This document shows, piece by piece, positions 63,790 through 64,000 of a stretch of DNA of 64,000 bases. Source of the DNA: Macrostomum lignano (Eukaryota); the NCBI GenBank assembly GCA_002269645.1, contig NIVC01000906.1, forward strand, positions 62,001 to 126,000, in the 5' to 3' direction. Below the pieces are notes generated by a model. The model saw only the letters and a list, made by a program, of their open reading frames with translations. It did no database searches and was not told where the DNA came from. A program made the translations under genes and the position numbers. Within the stretch, counting starts at the first letter, position 1; each line of letters begins with the position of its first letter.

Positions 63790-64000
63790 CTAAAATGATG
63801 TCGGGTATGTTCTATTATAAATTATATTTTAAAGCTACGATCAATAGGAACATTTCAGGCCTAAGATAAAGCTTACAGTTTGTAATGATAACTTGACAGA
63901 GCATCTAGTTTAATCATTTTTTAGCCATGACTGTGATTTTCATGTGACTTATTATACTGTGGAAATGGTCCTAGTTTTCTTAAAAGAAGTTGTGTAATTT

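Overview
Animal (spliceosomal, intron-rich) genomic DNA, not prokaryotic. GC-rich exons are separated by introns and spacers filled with about 35 distinct tandem minisatellite arrays; most long ORFs in the supplied track are artefacts of these arrays. The style suggests a flatworm such as Macrostomum, but this is inference only. Manually spliced genes: a group XII secreted phospholipase A2 (+, 9023-13237, with a probable terminal exon ending HDEL), Pax6 (-, 13845-28019, 6 coding exons), YKT6 (-, 46091-48405), RABL6 (-, 50684-55630) with an antisense tRNA-Leu(CAG) in its last intron, and the 3' part of an ANKS1/Caskin-like ankyrin gene (-, 58901-63789). There is also an internally deleted mariner with TIRs and TA duplication inserted in a minisatellite (43272-44293), plus a MITE and a foldback-like element. 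Less expected: (i) a probable ~13 kb multi-exon fossil gene (-, ~29.7-42.7 kb) with phase-concordant splice sites but many in-frame stops; (ii) a 1-9 kb domain nearly devoid of CpG and enriched in CTAG/TA, suggesting heavy C-to-T hypermutation including non-CpG contexts; (iii) a GCGCC(A/G)A(A/T)TT-like core shared by otherwise unrelated arrays; (iv) strand polarity of arrays relative to splice sites; (v) an inverted array pair spanning the intron before the HDEL exon. All coordinates and counts are manual.
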